A stretch of 64,000 nt of DNA, from NCBI GenBank assembly GCA_036172245.1, contig JAYWIR010000013.1, positions 3,348,001-3,412,000 on the forward strand, in the 5' to 3' direction. Of this stretch, positions 13,501 through 25,800 are shown one piece after another; position 1 is the stretch's first letter; the number at the start of each line of letters is the position of its first letter. Source of the DNA: Raillietiella orientalis. Lineage: Eukaryota. The translations under genes and the position numbers were made by a program. The notes under the pieces are model-generated. The model was not told the origin of the DNA and did not search any database. It was given only the letters and a program-made list of their open reading frames with translations.

Positions 13501-16415
13501 GGAGCAAGAACTGCCCCGAGCTACGTACCTGGGAGAGTCCCAGGTGCACAGATGCGGTCTCCGAGATGTACATGATCTTCCCCTCGGGAGTGAGCACGAA
13601 GAGGAACCCCTCCAAGGTCTGCAGCAGGTGGGATCCCAGCTCCTTGATGCAGCCCTCTCGGGAATTGCTGCTGGGCGGCGCCGTTCCCCAGCCATCCCCC
13701 AGTCCTGGAACGAAGAGAGGGAAGTTGGTTTGCAGCGCTACCGCGGGTGAGAGAGGGAGGAGAGGAACGGAGGAGGAAAAAAGGAGACAGAGCGGGAAAA
13801 CGGGGAGAGTGGACTGATGGGCAGCGGAGCAAAGAGTCTTCCTGCAACGCAGTTCCCTATAGCTTTCCCTCTTCCTCTCAGAGGACTCCTCTCCATAGCT
13901 ACCGGCGTGTCTCTCTGCTCGTTCCTGGAAGGCTGCAGAGATTTCAAGTGAACTTCGCTTCCGAAATCGGAGGCACGCCTGCGCCCATCATCGCCTTGAT
14001 GGGGAGGGGAGCGGGTGATTTGTCGCTAGCAACTGGGCAGCTCATAAATTCTCTCCTCCGCCAACGGGTCAACGCTCCCGCAGGGTCGTTGGAACCTTCC
14101 TGTTGTGGCAGATCGGGAAACAGAGAAACTCCCGACCAGGAACACCAGCGTTCCCATCGCGTGGTGCGATGAAGAACGTGTCCTTCCCCCGAAGTCAGTT
14201 TCCCTTCCCGAACTCGCTCGAGAATCTTTCAGGAGGCAAGGACCTGGGAAGGCCACCCCCTCCTCTAGCTATTCGTTCCCTCTTCCCCGCAGCAACCCCC
14301 CTACCCTGAGACGTGTCCCGGGACACCATGTCCTGTCTCGCGAAGGAGCAGCAGGGATCACGGGAAAGCGCAGCTTACCTGGAATACCCTTGGTTTCTCC
14401 CCGGGAAGCGGCACGCTGTGCAATTCGAACTGAGGGGGGGAGGAGGGAAGGGAGAAGAGAGGAAGGAAGCGCCCCGTCCGAGCCAAAGTCATGAGCCTTC
14501 CTTTCCGACTCTATACGGTTGTCTTCCTCGCAGTCGCATCCCGGTTACAAGGTTCAGGAGAGCACTGGGTCTACCTGGGACTCGGGGAGGAGGCCGGGGG
14601 AAGGAAGAATCATTCTCTGCTTCTTGCTCTGCACTGATCACAGCATCTTTTCGATGCATGAAACCCAAGGTACAGCAGCGATTCGGGAGGAGGGGGGGGG
14701 AACTTTCCTCTTCCCCGGCAGAGAAAGGGGAGCACGCATGGCGCTGCATATCGCGTAACGCACATCGAAAGCTATCTGGTCTTATCGCCTTGGTTACGGG
14801 GGAGAGCAGCTCACTAACGTAGCGCGGCACTGCAATGAACAACGGAGGAAATAAGCGGTGCGTTGCCTAGAGAAGATCGCACAGTTCACGTTCGTACTGA
14901 AAGGTGCATCACTGAACTGTACACGCCTTTGTCTTGCCACTTTTGTATTTTTTTATCATCCCTATTATCATCATTTCTGTATCATTGGTGTGCACCGTTG
15001 TCATCGGCGTCTCTGCGGAGGATAGGCGTCGCACCGGAGATAGAAAACAACTGAATCGTTGCTATCGAGCAAACGATCTTTGGAAACAGGCAGCTGGAGC
15101 TTTCGAGCAGGAAGAGACTGGGAAGACGTGTTCCGAACGCTCTGGCTCTCCACCGGACCAAAAGGGGATCCCGTTAAAACGCTGGGCAGGGCTTTCTCTC
15201 CCGTGGCAGCGTTGCCGGCGGCGCACTCACTCTGCTGACAAAACCTGGGAAGCAGCTCCGTGCAACAGGAAACGGGGAACGCGCTCATGGGTCTGAGAAG
15301 CGTGAGCTTCGCGGGATGGCGAACTGCTCCAAAAGAGAAGTCAGGAATCTCGTGAAAGACGAGCACTGATGCTGGGGAACAGCCGTCTTCCACGTCCAAG
15401 GATCGCCTGGAAACATCACGCCGCGCGGACCTCCCGGCCATCGTCGCTGGAGCAGCACCGCTTCTCCGGTTTTCAACCTTCCCGTTGCTATGATGCCAAC
15501 ACAGTGATCGGGCTCTTCCAGAATGCCACCCGACACAGCATCCATGGCCCACTTTTTTTATCAAGGCTGCTGGCACCACCACCACCTTTCTCCCTCTCCC
15601 TCGTTCCTTTGCTTCTTCGTTTCTTTACGGAGGTTCCGTTTTTCTTTAAGCTCTATTAGAGGAAGGGAGGTTGTATGCAGCGCGCGCTGTCCCACTGCGT
15701 ATGATCCGAGGCATCTTGTAGTACCTCGGGGGCAGCAGCGGTCCAGCACTTCGTTCTTCTCCTCGGACGAGTTCCGTCTTCCCTTGCGGGCTTGCCGACT
15801 GTCCGGCGGCAAGGAAACGGAAGAGAAGCGGCGGCGGCGTCGCCTTGTCAGTACTGCGTCAGCGGCCGTTCGCTGTCGCGAAGGCAGCGGTCTGCGCTCC
15901 CCGTCAACACCCTAACCGTGGCTACAGAGCCAACAATCGGCGCTCCGCGTCGTCACGGCAACTACGGCGCTTTCGGTCGTCGCAACGACAACTCGTCTCC
16001 CTGGAGGTTCCTCATCAACAATGGCTCGATCGCCAGCTCCGCAGCAACGACGGCGACTCGATCTCTTCTGCTGCACCGACAGCCTTGCTGCATCCGCGCG
16101 TTCACTGCTCTCCGCGTGCTGCCGCTCAGCCCCAGCGGCTGCCCCACAGTGGCGCGCAACCTCCCGGATCGTCCCCCCCCCCCCTCCCTCTCTCTCTCTC
16201 TCTCTCTTTCCCCGGAACACCCGAGAAATGCGTTGCTCACCGTCTGGGAAGACACGCCTCATCGTCAAATAGCTGGTGGTCAGGCGGATGACAGAGGCCT
16301 TGTCGAGCTGTGACGTGATGGCCGGAGGAAGCGGCAACAGCCTCGCCAGTTCCAAGAACTCCACGTTCTCCTTCTCGCGGCGGCTCCTGGCGGCATTCTT
16401 GCTTTTCTCCTTCAT
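4581..16415 (-). CDS. sim: Single-minded bHLH-PAS transcription factor, ~632 aa, 8 coding exons
   Basis: Exons (minus): 16415-16241, 13704-13529, 9785-9674, 9600-9515, 9188-8962, 8826-8720, 6997-6850, 5448-4581. All introns are GT-AG and phase-consistent; total 1899 nt. Diagnostic sequence: [17 protein letters not shown]..(bHLH), [42 protein letters not shown] (PAS-A), [58 protein letters not shown] (PAS-B), [29 protein letters not shown] (PAC). The divergent last exon is less certain internally. Confidence 0.95.
6200..6480 (+). mobile_element. Decayed non-LTR retrotransposon reverse-transcriptase fragment in sim intron 7
   Basis: Ordered degenerate motifs [11 protein letters not shown] (cf. 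IHKKGD..NYRPI), [12 protein letters not shown] (cf. QCGFR.GRSTAD) and [12 protein letters not shown] (cf. FIDFEKAFDRV), with frameshifts. Recognised by eye only. Confidence 0.45.
15040..15420 (+). mobile_element. Possible decayed RTE-like LINE C-terminal fragment in sim intron 1
   Basis: Degenerate AFEQEE.GK (cf. FERKILR), LKRWAGL (cf. RLRWAGH) and PRPRIAWK (cf. GRPRKTW), in the expected order. Confidence 0.3.
16187..16207. repeat. (CT)n/(GA)n microsatellite next to a poly-C run near the sim exon 1 donor
   Basis: ctctctctctctctctctct seen directly. Similar tracts occur at ~55686-55697 and ~57090-57115. Confidence 0.85.
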
Positions 16416-18289
16416 GGCGCTGCAAGGAGACGGCCACCGTCATTCCCGCAAGCTTCCCGCCTTTCCCCTCCCTCTCCTCCCACGCAGCCCATCCCCGTCG
16501 TCGCCACGGCCGCCGTCTCCTGGAACAAACCACCCGACGACCGGCGTCGGAGGAAACGTGGTCGAGGATTCGCTTCTTCCCTTTCCCCCTCCTCCCCGGA
16601 AGCCGGGCAAAACCTCCTCCTTCCCCATACGCCACGGCGTCTTACCGGATGTCAGCATTGGCGCTCACAACATCTCGCAGCCGGGCGTCAGTGTGGTCGT
16701 CGTCGCCGTCACCGTGGTCGTCTTCGCCGTGGAGATCACGCGCGCGGCGCGCCCGCTCGCATAGCGTCCCGGACCAGTTTGATCGTCGAGCGCGCCGCTG
16801 CAGGTCACGTCCGGAGGACGCGGAGGCGAAGTCGCTCGCTCGCCAGGACTCCCGCCACCGAAGAGAGGGACGGGGAGAGGGAGTGGAGAAGGGGGAGAGG
16901 TAGGCTTTGCGAGCGAGCGCGTGCGTGTGTGCGCACACGGGAACGACGAGGCTCCCGGGGAACAAAAGAGCTCGCGGCATGTTCGCCCTTGCGCGGCGGT
17001 CCGCAGCGCCCTCGACTCCTCCCCGCGCGCTCTGGGTTCGGCCTCCTTACCTTCCCCCCGTCCAATCAGAGAGATCCGGCGGGAAAGGCGAGAGGCCGTG
17101 GAGGAGGAGGGACGAGGGCGGCGAGGAGAAGCGACGGAGAGCGCGGCGATGCTGCTGCCACTTGAGAGCGGCGGCAGCGACGGTAACGTTTCCTCTCTCC
17201 CGAGAGCGGAGCCGGTCGTGCGCGCGCGCTCCAGTCTCCCTTTCCCGGGTTCCTTTCTCTTATTCCTCCAGCAGCGCCTCCCGCTGCAGCCAGTTTCCAG
17301 CCTGGACCACGGTGTTACCCATCGGGATGCCCATCCTGGTCCGCTTGGAAGGATGCTCCCAGCCACATGATCCGCGTTGTCCGCGGCTGTGAATGGCAGT
17401 CGCCGGCGCGCGGACGGCTTGTAGCCTGGAGGGGGTTGCCGTCCGTCCTCTGGCGGGCGTCTCGCCCCTAGAGGCAGGGAGGGTGGACGGAGGAAATCCT
17501 GGAGCGGGGGTAGAGAAGGGCGAAAAGCTCCCGGATTTCGCAAGGGAATGGGGTGATCGATGCAAGCACCCCGGTGGCACGGTGGCGCCGCGTGGAGCTC
17601 GTCCACCCCTCTGCCTCCCTCTTCCTTTTCTCCTGCGCACGCGCGCGAGTGCTAATGAGAGCAGGCGGGAGGGACTCGTCTGCGCGCGACCGCGTGCACC
17701 CGTTCCCGCGTCATTGCTGCTTCCCCCATCTGATCCAGGAAAACCGTCTGCTCTCTGGGGAGAAGCTAACAAAACCCCGGGAAGACATGGGTGGGTGGGG
17801 GTGGGGGATAGGCCGACGATCCATGGGAGAGCGAGCAGGAGGCCCTCGATCCCAGAGAGCTCCCTGAACCCTCATCCCTTGTGTGATCCTCGCCTTTTCC
17901 CTCAAAGAGGCGCCGGGGGGGGAAAGGGGGGAAGGCAAGACCTGCGTTCTTCCTCCTCTTCCTTCTCCCGAGAGTCCCCGGGATGATGGAGGGTGGAGAA
18001 AGGAGGATCGGTGCGCGTCCTCTCCTGCCCCTCCCTTTTGACGATCCTCAGTTGCCATGGCGTGGGAGCTGGAGACCTCAAAGAGCCCCGAGGAACGCCG
18101 GCTAACGCGGAAGAGTGGAGGAATGGTAGTGAGAGGGGACGCGAGGCACCCCCGACTTGCGTCCCCCTGCCGTCCCCCTCCCGCGAGAACGCGAGCACCT
18201 CCGCCCCTTCTGGGCGAGTCGCCACCAGGGAGCGCAAAGGTCCCCTCTCCCCGCCCCCGCCCTCTTGCTCCTGGACTCTCCGCCCTGCA

Positions 18290-19151
18290 CACGAGGCCAG
18301 GTAAAAGGATTAAGGCCGACCATGCCCGGGGACGTGTGTTGTTCCCCGGGCCGTCTGCACATTACAGCGGGCCGCGCGTACGCGTCCCGGGCGGACGGAC
18401 GGTAATCCCGTAATCCTGATGGATTGCTCCCTCGCGCCATCCGCTCGTTTGTCTTGCCCTGGTTGCCATGGGAAACGCTGTTTACGAGCTACGGATTTAT
18501 GGCCTTGCTGCCGCGACCCTTTTTGTCCCTGGCGGGCGGTCCCGAGACCCCGTGCCCCCGCCCGGAGCGCGCATTAGGGAAATTCCTTCCGTCCGCTCCC
18601 CCCCCGGGATCCGGGACAAGCCGTGCACGGGCCCGTGAGCAGGCGATTTAGCAAGGAGGAGCGGGAAGTCGGGGGGAAGGGAGACTGCGCTCACGTCCCG
18701 AGTACCAGAGGTGTCCAAAGCCCTTTCGGGTGGGAGCCCCCTTCCAGCGCAGGTACGGGCCGAGCTGCACCCTCCCGCGCCTGGAAGGGCATCGCGACCG
18801 GAACAGACGCGCTCGCGTCCCCCCGCCACAAGGCGTCCCCCCCCTTCAGATGGACCGCCTCCCAGAGGGAGAGTGGGGGGGTGGGGGGCCTCGTCTAGGA
18901 ACTCCGCGCCGCCCCGGGAATTCCCTCCTGCGGACGGACGCTCCCTGGCGCTTCCCGCACTTCCACGACGCTCTGGAGGTAGAGGGGAGCCTCCGTCGTT
19001 CGACCCCTCGGGGCTTCCGCCCGGCGCACCCCCTCCTCCCCCATCCCGTCCCCCATTCCGCCTGCCCGTACAAAGAGTGCGCGGCTTCCGACGCCGCTGC
19101 TGATGAGCGATGAGCCCTTCCCCCGCCCTTCCGGATTGATCGGAAAATTCC
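18290..19151. promoter_or_regulatory. Candidate sim upstream enhancer (transcription-factor site cluster)
   Basis: GGATTA 18307, TAATCC at 18403 and 18411, TGATGGATTG 18417, ATGGGAA ~18468, TGTTTAC 18479, GATTTATGG 18494, GGGAAATTCC 18577, GGGAATTCCC 18916, GGAAAATTCC 19142. Motif inference only. Confidence 0.4.
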
Positions 19152-22100
19152 TTCCCCCTCCACCCTCTCCTCCCTCGTTGTCCCCTTGGAGAGCGAGATG
19201 AAGGTAGAGACACGGACCCCCTGGCTTTTCCCCCTGCCCTCCCCGTGTGTGCCGCAGCAGCCACCGCCTGGACCATGAAGCAGCCCGGGGCACGTGGTCG
19301 CTCACCTCCGGAAGCGCGCGCGCGCGCGGTTCACCTGCGGAGATCCGGCAATCAGAGAGGGGGAGGGGAGGGGGAGAGGCTGCCCTCGCCGCCTCCGCGG
19401 GATGGCGATGACGGTGCACGAACGGGGGGCTGCCGACATCCGTCGTGACCTCGAGGTTCGACTCGCGACGACTCACGCAGCGGAAAGCGGGCTGAAGCGG
19501 CGAGGCATTCCTCCTCGGGCGTCCCCCTGACTGGAAATCCTCGGGAGGAGGAGGAGGAGGGAGAGAGGGGTAGCCAGGGGGAAAAGGGGGGAGCGGGACG
19601 CCGGGATGGAATGTCTCCCCGGTAGTTCCAAGTGGCCGCTTCCGGCGCCTCTTGGAGGGGGAGGGGAGTGAGTCGAAACTCTCTAAGGGCTCGGGTGAGG
19701 GAGGGAGCCACGCTCGCAAATGCCGCCGGCCCTCCAGGTGCGCGGGAAGGCGCCTCGGGAGGGTGGTGGTGGTGGTGGGTGAGGCCGTTCCCGGCGCCGC
19801 GCGCTGAACGCCCGTCGTCCTCGCCGACGGGGGAGCACCACGCCGTTCAGCCGCCCCGAGATGGCGAAGCTGCTCCAGGATGGGGGGGGGGGGGGCAGCC
19901 ATGTGCACCCGCGCGCGCGGCACAGCACCGTTCAGGTGCTGCGGTCGGCCTGCATTCTGGGCCGCTCACCGTGTGTCCCGGGTGCCCTTTCCCGCCCACT
20001 TTTTCCTGCCTCTCCCATCGCTGCGTGAGCCGCGCTCACCCTCCACGGAGCCGAACGAAGCGGGTCGGCGCAATTCGTCCACCCCGGAAAGAAAAAAAAA
20101 AAAAACGGGGAAGCCGGCCGGGGCGCACGGAACCACCGCTGCTCTTCCCTCAGTCGTGTGAGGCCCCACCTTCACTTTCTCCGCTTCGCCCGTGCAGGTT
20201 CCCGCCTGCGTCTTTTCACGGTCGCGCGCCTCGTCCACCGCTCCGTGTGTCCCTTTCATGCCCTCCGCGTGCCCTCTGCACCCCCAAGGGTGCCGTGGTC
20301 GATCCCTCAGCGACCCCCTCGCGTCCGCCTCCCAACTCTTCTTCCTCGTGCGGAGCCTTCCGCATCCGGTCGCATAAGTGAGTGCCGGTCGCCGGTCAGC
20401 TTCTTCGGCGGGAGGCGACGCGCGCAGGTCCCGCAGCAGCGCCCTTTCCTCCCTCAACCTGTCACGCGGTCTTCCTCCTCCGCACTGCTTGCCTGAACCG
20501 TTCGTTCGGGTGCTCTCGCTGGGTGGCAGCGGAAGTGGAGAGGGGGGGAAGGGGGGAAGAAAAGGAAGCGAAACAAAATCGAAGGTCCCTCCGTGACTGG
20601 AAACTGAGGTCCTTCCTCTCTGGCACACTCCGGCAACTCTGGCTTTTGTGGTTTCCCTGCCTTTGCAATTATGACCAGCTCGTGTCGATCCCGGAGGAAC
20701 GCCGACCTCTCCTTGCTCCCTCTTCTTCCGCTAGCCTGAGATTCCCTCGTGTCCCTCCTCTCCTTCGGCTCGAACGCTCCATCCCGGCAGGACCTGCGTC
20801 TTCCCTTCCCTCGCCGCGATCCCCGGCTACGCACCCACCGTGCGGTCTCTTTCCGGGAAGGGACCTCTCTTCCAGGGCATGGATGCCGGCGCCGGGGCGG
20901 GTCACCTCGTCGCGGGACACTATTGGTGCCTTCCTGGCGCTTCCGATCCCCATTCTCACGGGGGAGAGGCGACTCCCAGGTGCAGGAGCTCGCGCGCGCG
21001 CAGGGTCGCGTCCAGCGCAGATCCTCCGCGCAACCGTTGCGAGTTCACTCGGCAGCCACGCAGGACGCAAATCGAGCCGTAGCATCCCCTCCCCGCGACT
21101 CCCCTCTGGGATGAGAGAAGGAGACTGGGACCGGGAAAGGTCGATCCTCTTCTTCCCACTGCGGACAGAAAGAGACTCCTCCTCTGAGGTGGGACGGTCT
21201 TCTGGCGCAGCATCGCCTCGAAAGATGAGCCCTTCGTCCAGCTCCTTGCGCATGGCGCGCGTTCGTGTCTTTTTTGCACTCCTCCGCGGCGCTCTCGTGC
21301 GCGAGAGACCAAAGAACGTGGGGAGGGGGAGGGAAGCGTTCGATCCATGAGGGGTGTTGGATCTTTGGATAGGGCACCCTCACTGCCCGACCCGAAGATC
21401 CAACCCTGCCGTCGAGGTGTCAAAATAGAGCGGATGGGAAGGGCGCGCTCTGGCCCAAGAACCGTTGGGCTGAGGGGAAGCGGCGCAGCAGGGCTTCCTC
21501 CCTCCTCCAGCGGTGGGCCCGTCCTCCCGCGAGCTCAGAACTGTCTTCGGTTCACCCCCGAGCTGGCATAGGGAGGCGCTGCTGTTCCTCCGAGCGCCGG
21601 CAGGAAAGGTTAGCCGCCCTCTTGCGTGAGCTGCTGGAGCTCGGAGCTCTCCGAGAGGAGCCCAGAGCGCTTCCCAAGATCTTCTCTTTTCCTCCCCAAC
21701 ACGTCGCGCGAGGACAGCTGTCCCTGGAATTCTCCTGGAATGATCACACGGAATCGGGCTCTGGATGCCTCGAGATGCTCCCGGGGGCGTTCATATGAAC
21801 CTTTGACCCTCTGCAGCAGACTCAAGGACTCGGCTTCAATATCCATCCATCCCTTCCCGCGATCCCTTGCGAGATCTGCGGACCCTTCCTGGATCCCAAG
21901 GAAGGGAGTCCTTTCTCACTTTTGCCGATCTCCTTGACCTGCCCCTAGCTCCTCTCTGCAAGAAGAGGAAAAGGAATTAAGCTGATCGGCTAACTCGCCC
22001 CCCTGGGGGAGCCGAGCGCGGGTGAGCGCCCCAGCTGAGCGGATCTGCGAGCGGAGAAAGCCTGCCCTCCTCCCTGCTTCCCGACTCCCCCCGTCGGCGG

Positions 22101-22499
22101 AACCGAGACGCCGCTGGGCCGCCTACCCCGATGTCGAGAGTGGAGCTGCGGCTCAAAGACTCAGAGCACTTCATCATTCTTCGTTCCCAGTTCCCGGATT
22201 CCCGAAGAATGATCCGCGCGAGCGAAGAGGCGACGTCTCGACCCTCTCTCCGACGCATAGCCCGGCCCGTGCGACGGCATCGCCAGGCACGTGAGAGGGA
22301 AAGTGGGCGCTGAGGAGACGACCGGCCCCATCGTGTCCAGCCCCTCGCCCTACGAGCCTTGGGAGCCTCCGAGGGTACCATTTCTTCCTCTCCCCTTCCC
22401 TCCTTCCACTCCCCCCGCTCTTTCCTTCCAGCACGGAGTTAGAAAAATTTCTGGAGCATTGCAGATATGAAGGTAAAATCATTCCCCCGAAGCCCCGCC

Positions 22500-22890
22500 C
22501 TCAGCACCTTCCAAATTCCGTTGCTCCACTGCAGATCTCGTCGCAGCCTCCGTGGTGCGCCGCAGACTGACGGTGGAGGACCTCAAGCAAAATGGGCGCT
22601 GCCTCCTCCCCCCTGCCAGGTCGCGTGCGAACCCTATTCTAGGTCTCGGTAGGAGAGGGAGAAACGAGAGGTGCTTGCGAACTCCAAGGCTGCGAAGTGA
22701 TTTGGGAATTGGGGTGTCCGGCTGGGCGGGAGAGCAGAGAATAAGAGGGGGAAAGGTTCGAGCAGTGACTTGCAAGGCAAGCGCAGAGCCCTGCTCAGAT
22801 CACACGCGAGCCCAGGTCAGGAGACCCGGGGGACAAGCAGCGAGTAGCCTCAGAGAGGAGCGCCTCCCGGTTGCGAGCCGCCTGGGGTCG
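22500..22890 (+). mobile_element. Decayed LINE (RTE-like) apurinic endonuclease fragment
   Basis: One frame reads LTVEDLKQNG (cf. IVMGDLNAKVG), ILGLGRRGRNERCLR (cf. IGKFGLGERNERGER), RAVTCKAS (cf. RKYTW.SP) and ERLPVASRL (cf. SDHRPVVAKL), in the correct order. Confidence 0.45.
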
Positions 22891-25800
22891 GGGAGGTGGA
22901 GGAAACGGGCCCCGGATTTGAGGGACCCTGGATCGGCCCTCGACCCCTTTGGACTTTCATCGCTCTGTCGCAGCGCGATCTCTGGCGCTGGTGTTTCTGG
23001 ATATTTGCTTATCAGCCCACCCTTGGGTTGCCACCTTCAGGGACCCCATTCAGGATCTCGCGTGGCGTCCTCAGTCGCGAGGGAGGAATGACGACAGGAA
23101 ACTGCCACTCCCGTGCCTCCATGTGCACCTCCAGCGGTGTACATAAGAGGAGTGCGGAGGCGAAAGTTGGTGATTCTGTAGGAGCGGTGAAGAGCGAGGC
23201 GGAGATACCGCTGGGGAACTTTCCAGCTTCTCCCGCAGGAGCAGCATCGCGCTCGTATCGAGTCCCTCTCCTGGGGGCGCGCAGTCTCGGAGGCGGACAA
23301 CCCTTAGCGAACCAATGGGGTGTAGTCCCTTGGAAGGCACTCGCTTCCGAAGGAATCCCTTTCCCATGCGAAATCAGGGCTCAGATGAACTCCCCTCCCA
23401 GAAATGCTAGGGGCTAGCGTCTCCCTTTCTGAGACACGCTGACCACTTCAGAGAGCCAAGAGCCAGCTGAGAGACCATTGGCCGGCAGCGAATCCACCAC
23501 CAGCTCTTTCCTCCCTTTCTTCCTGTCGCTTCCTTCCGAGCTCCTGAACTGTCGACTGATGGTGGGGACTCAGTTGTCGAACTCTTTGACCTTCCCTTCT
23601 CTCCCGGAAGCACGTGGTCCAACCCTTCCCGAACATCCTCTGGGCCTCACTCCACCCGCCGCACACGCACGAGGTTCCCTCTGGAATGGCCTTTTATGGA
23701 CATCCTTCCGAGAAGAGCCGCCTCCGAAGCCAAAACAGCCTCTCTAGAAAGGCGGCTCCGATCGTGCTGCTGGGCGGCGGCCGCCCCCTTTTGGCGATGT
23801 TTTTTCTCCTTTCTCCTCTACCTACGGGGACGCAGGCCGTTTCGGCCCTCTCTTCCGAGATCCCGGCTAGAGTCCCACCCGACTCGGGAGGCACGAACTT
23901 CCCCTTCCCGAAGCCCACTCACCGCTCCTGGTCCCTATCCTGCCCCTCGTCCCATCCTCAACGCAGTCAAACCAGAGGGGACGACGGCGCGCGCACACTC
24001 CCCATGAAGTCGCAGCAGAGTCTTCCGCGCGTGCTCGCGATCCCGCGAGGAATGCAGTCGCCGCGGGATGACTCCCGAGGATTTCTTCAGGAGGAGCGGA
24101 TGGGTTTCTCGCGTCCCCGGAAACATCCGCTGCTTCAGGATCTCTCCCGAACCTGAGGCGGAGGTTTTCCAGCCGCTACACTCCCCGCTCCATATACAGA
24201 AGACTCCTTGCTTAAGGCACGAACTCTCCTCTCCCTCCCCCTCGCACGCCGTGCCTCCCCTCATCACGCCGTGCCCATGGAGAGGCCCCATAATCCTGTA
24301 GGACCGAAGAGGAAAAGGCAGGAAGCTAGTGGAAGAGACGGAGCAGCAGCCTCTCGGCGACGCCCAATCAGTCCTGAACCCATGAGAAAAAGCCTCCACA
24401 CCCGGCTCCAGCTGTGACTCCATGCCCTCTCTCCTGTTCCGAAGGCCCGGAGGGCGAGAGCAAGGAGACCACAACGGGCTTCTGGAGCAGCCGCGAGATA
24501 CCCGTTAACGCTGGGAGGGAATGCCTCCTCAGGAATGCTGCTTCTCTGTCATCGCGCGCCAGGAGCTGCTCCGGCATCAGATCGGCCGTATCCAAGGAGA
24601 GAGGGTATCCTCCAGGAGCGTCCCGGCATGTGTGGTCGGACCGTGTGCAGAAGCTGGAAGGGACTTGTGAGCGCGCGCGAGTGCGAACGTCATGATTAAG
24701 CCAAACCCACTCCCACCCCTTCTGCCCGCACCCTTTCACACGCCCCCCTCCGCCTCCTTCCTTCCCCGAGCGCGCGTCCCTCCTGTATCTCGGGGGCTGG
24801 GGACTTGCATCTTGGCGAGTCACGGTGCCGGAAACCCTTCGGAAGGGGAGCTTGCCAGGTGCTGCTATCTGCGCCCCCTCCTCTCCGTCCCAGCAGACAG
24901 TCTCTGTTGGAAGCCCCTGTGGTCCGGTCCGAGGATCCCTGGCCCTGGCGGAGCTCCCCCCTCCAGGACTCCAGGACAGAGCGCGCGCGCGTCTCCCTCG
25001 CCTCACTACCGCCGACGCTCAAAGGGGCTCCAAGCAGCCGCCTCCGTCCTTAACTCCTCGGAGTTGCTGCGCCGCCCTCCCTAAGCAGAAAGCTCCGAGG
25101 GCACGCCTGAGGAGCCACCGAGAGATCCCGCTAGGCGACACCTCTCCAAGTCGCAAGACGCTGTTACGCCTCATCCCGCTACGGGCATGCTTTCCCGCGC
25201 GGGGGAGAAGCGATGATTCCGGCCGACCTGCCTTCCTCCCTGGAGCGCCGGAACCCATCTCCTGCAGCTCTCGTTTGCAGGACGTCCGTTTTTCCCTCTT
25301 CCTCTCTCCTTCGGAGTGCTCGAAGGACATCTTGCCTGTCTACCTTAGCGGCGACTATCCTCCGACTTCTGGTCGAGAGACGAGGGGTGGGGTCACAAAT
25401 GCGAATTTCTGGCTCCGGAGAGCCAATCACGCGCGTTTGCAAGCGGTCGGGCCCGTTTTAATCCCTCCTTTGAGCTCTGGAGGAGGACCTCACCCTTTCC
25501 GCCGCCGCCGGGAAGGCTGCCCTGCCGATTCGTGACGTTGCGTCGGGCGTCGCCGCTGCGGGCGGCGGCTTTTAACATGCTCTCGCCTCGCCCGCACTCG
25601 AGAAAGAAGTTTCTGAAACTTGTATACACGAAAATGCCCTCGTGTCCCACCCCCACCCCACCTCCTTTCCCCTACCCAGTCCACCCCGGTAGATGAAGAT
25701 GCAAGCACTTCTATGATAACGAGGGATGGTGCGCGACCACAATTAGGCGACTCGTCGTTTGCTGGCATCACCCCCACAGGCGCTGCCTTTCTGCCACCGA

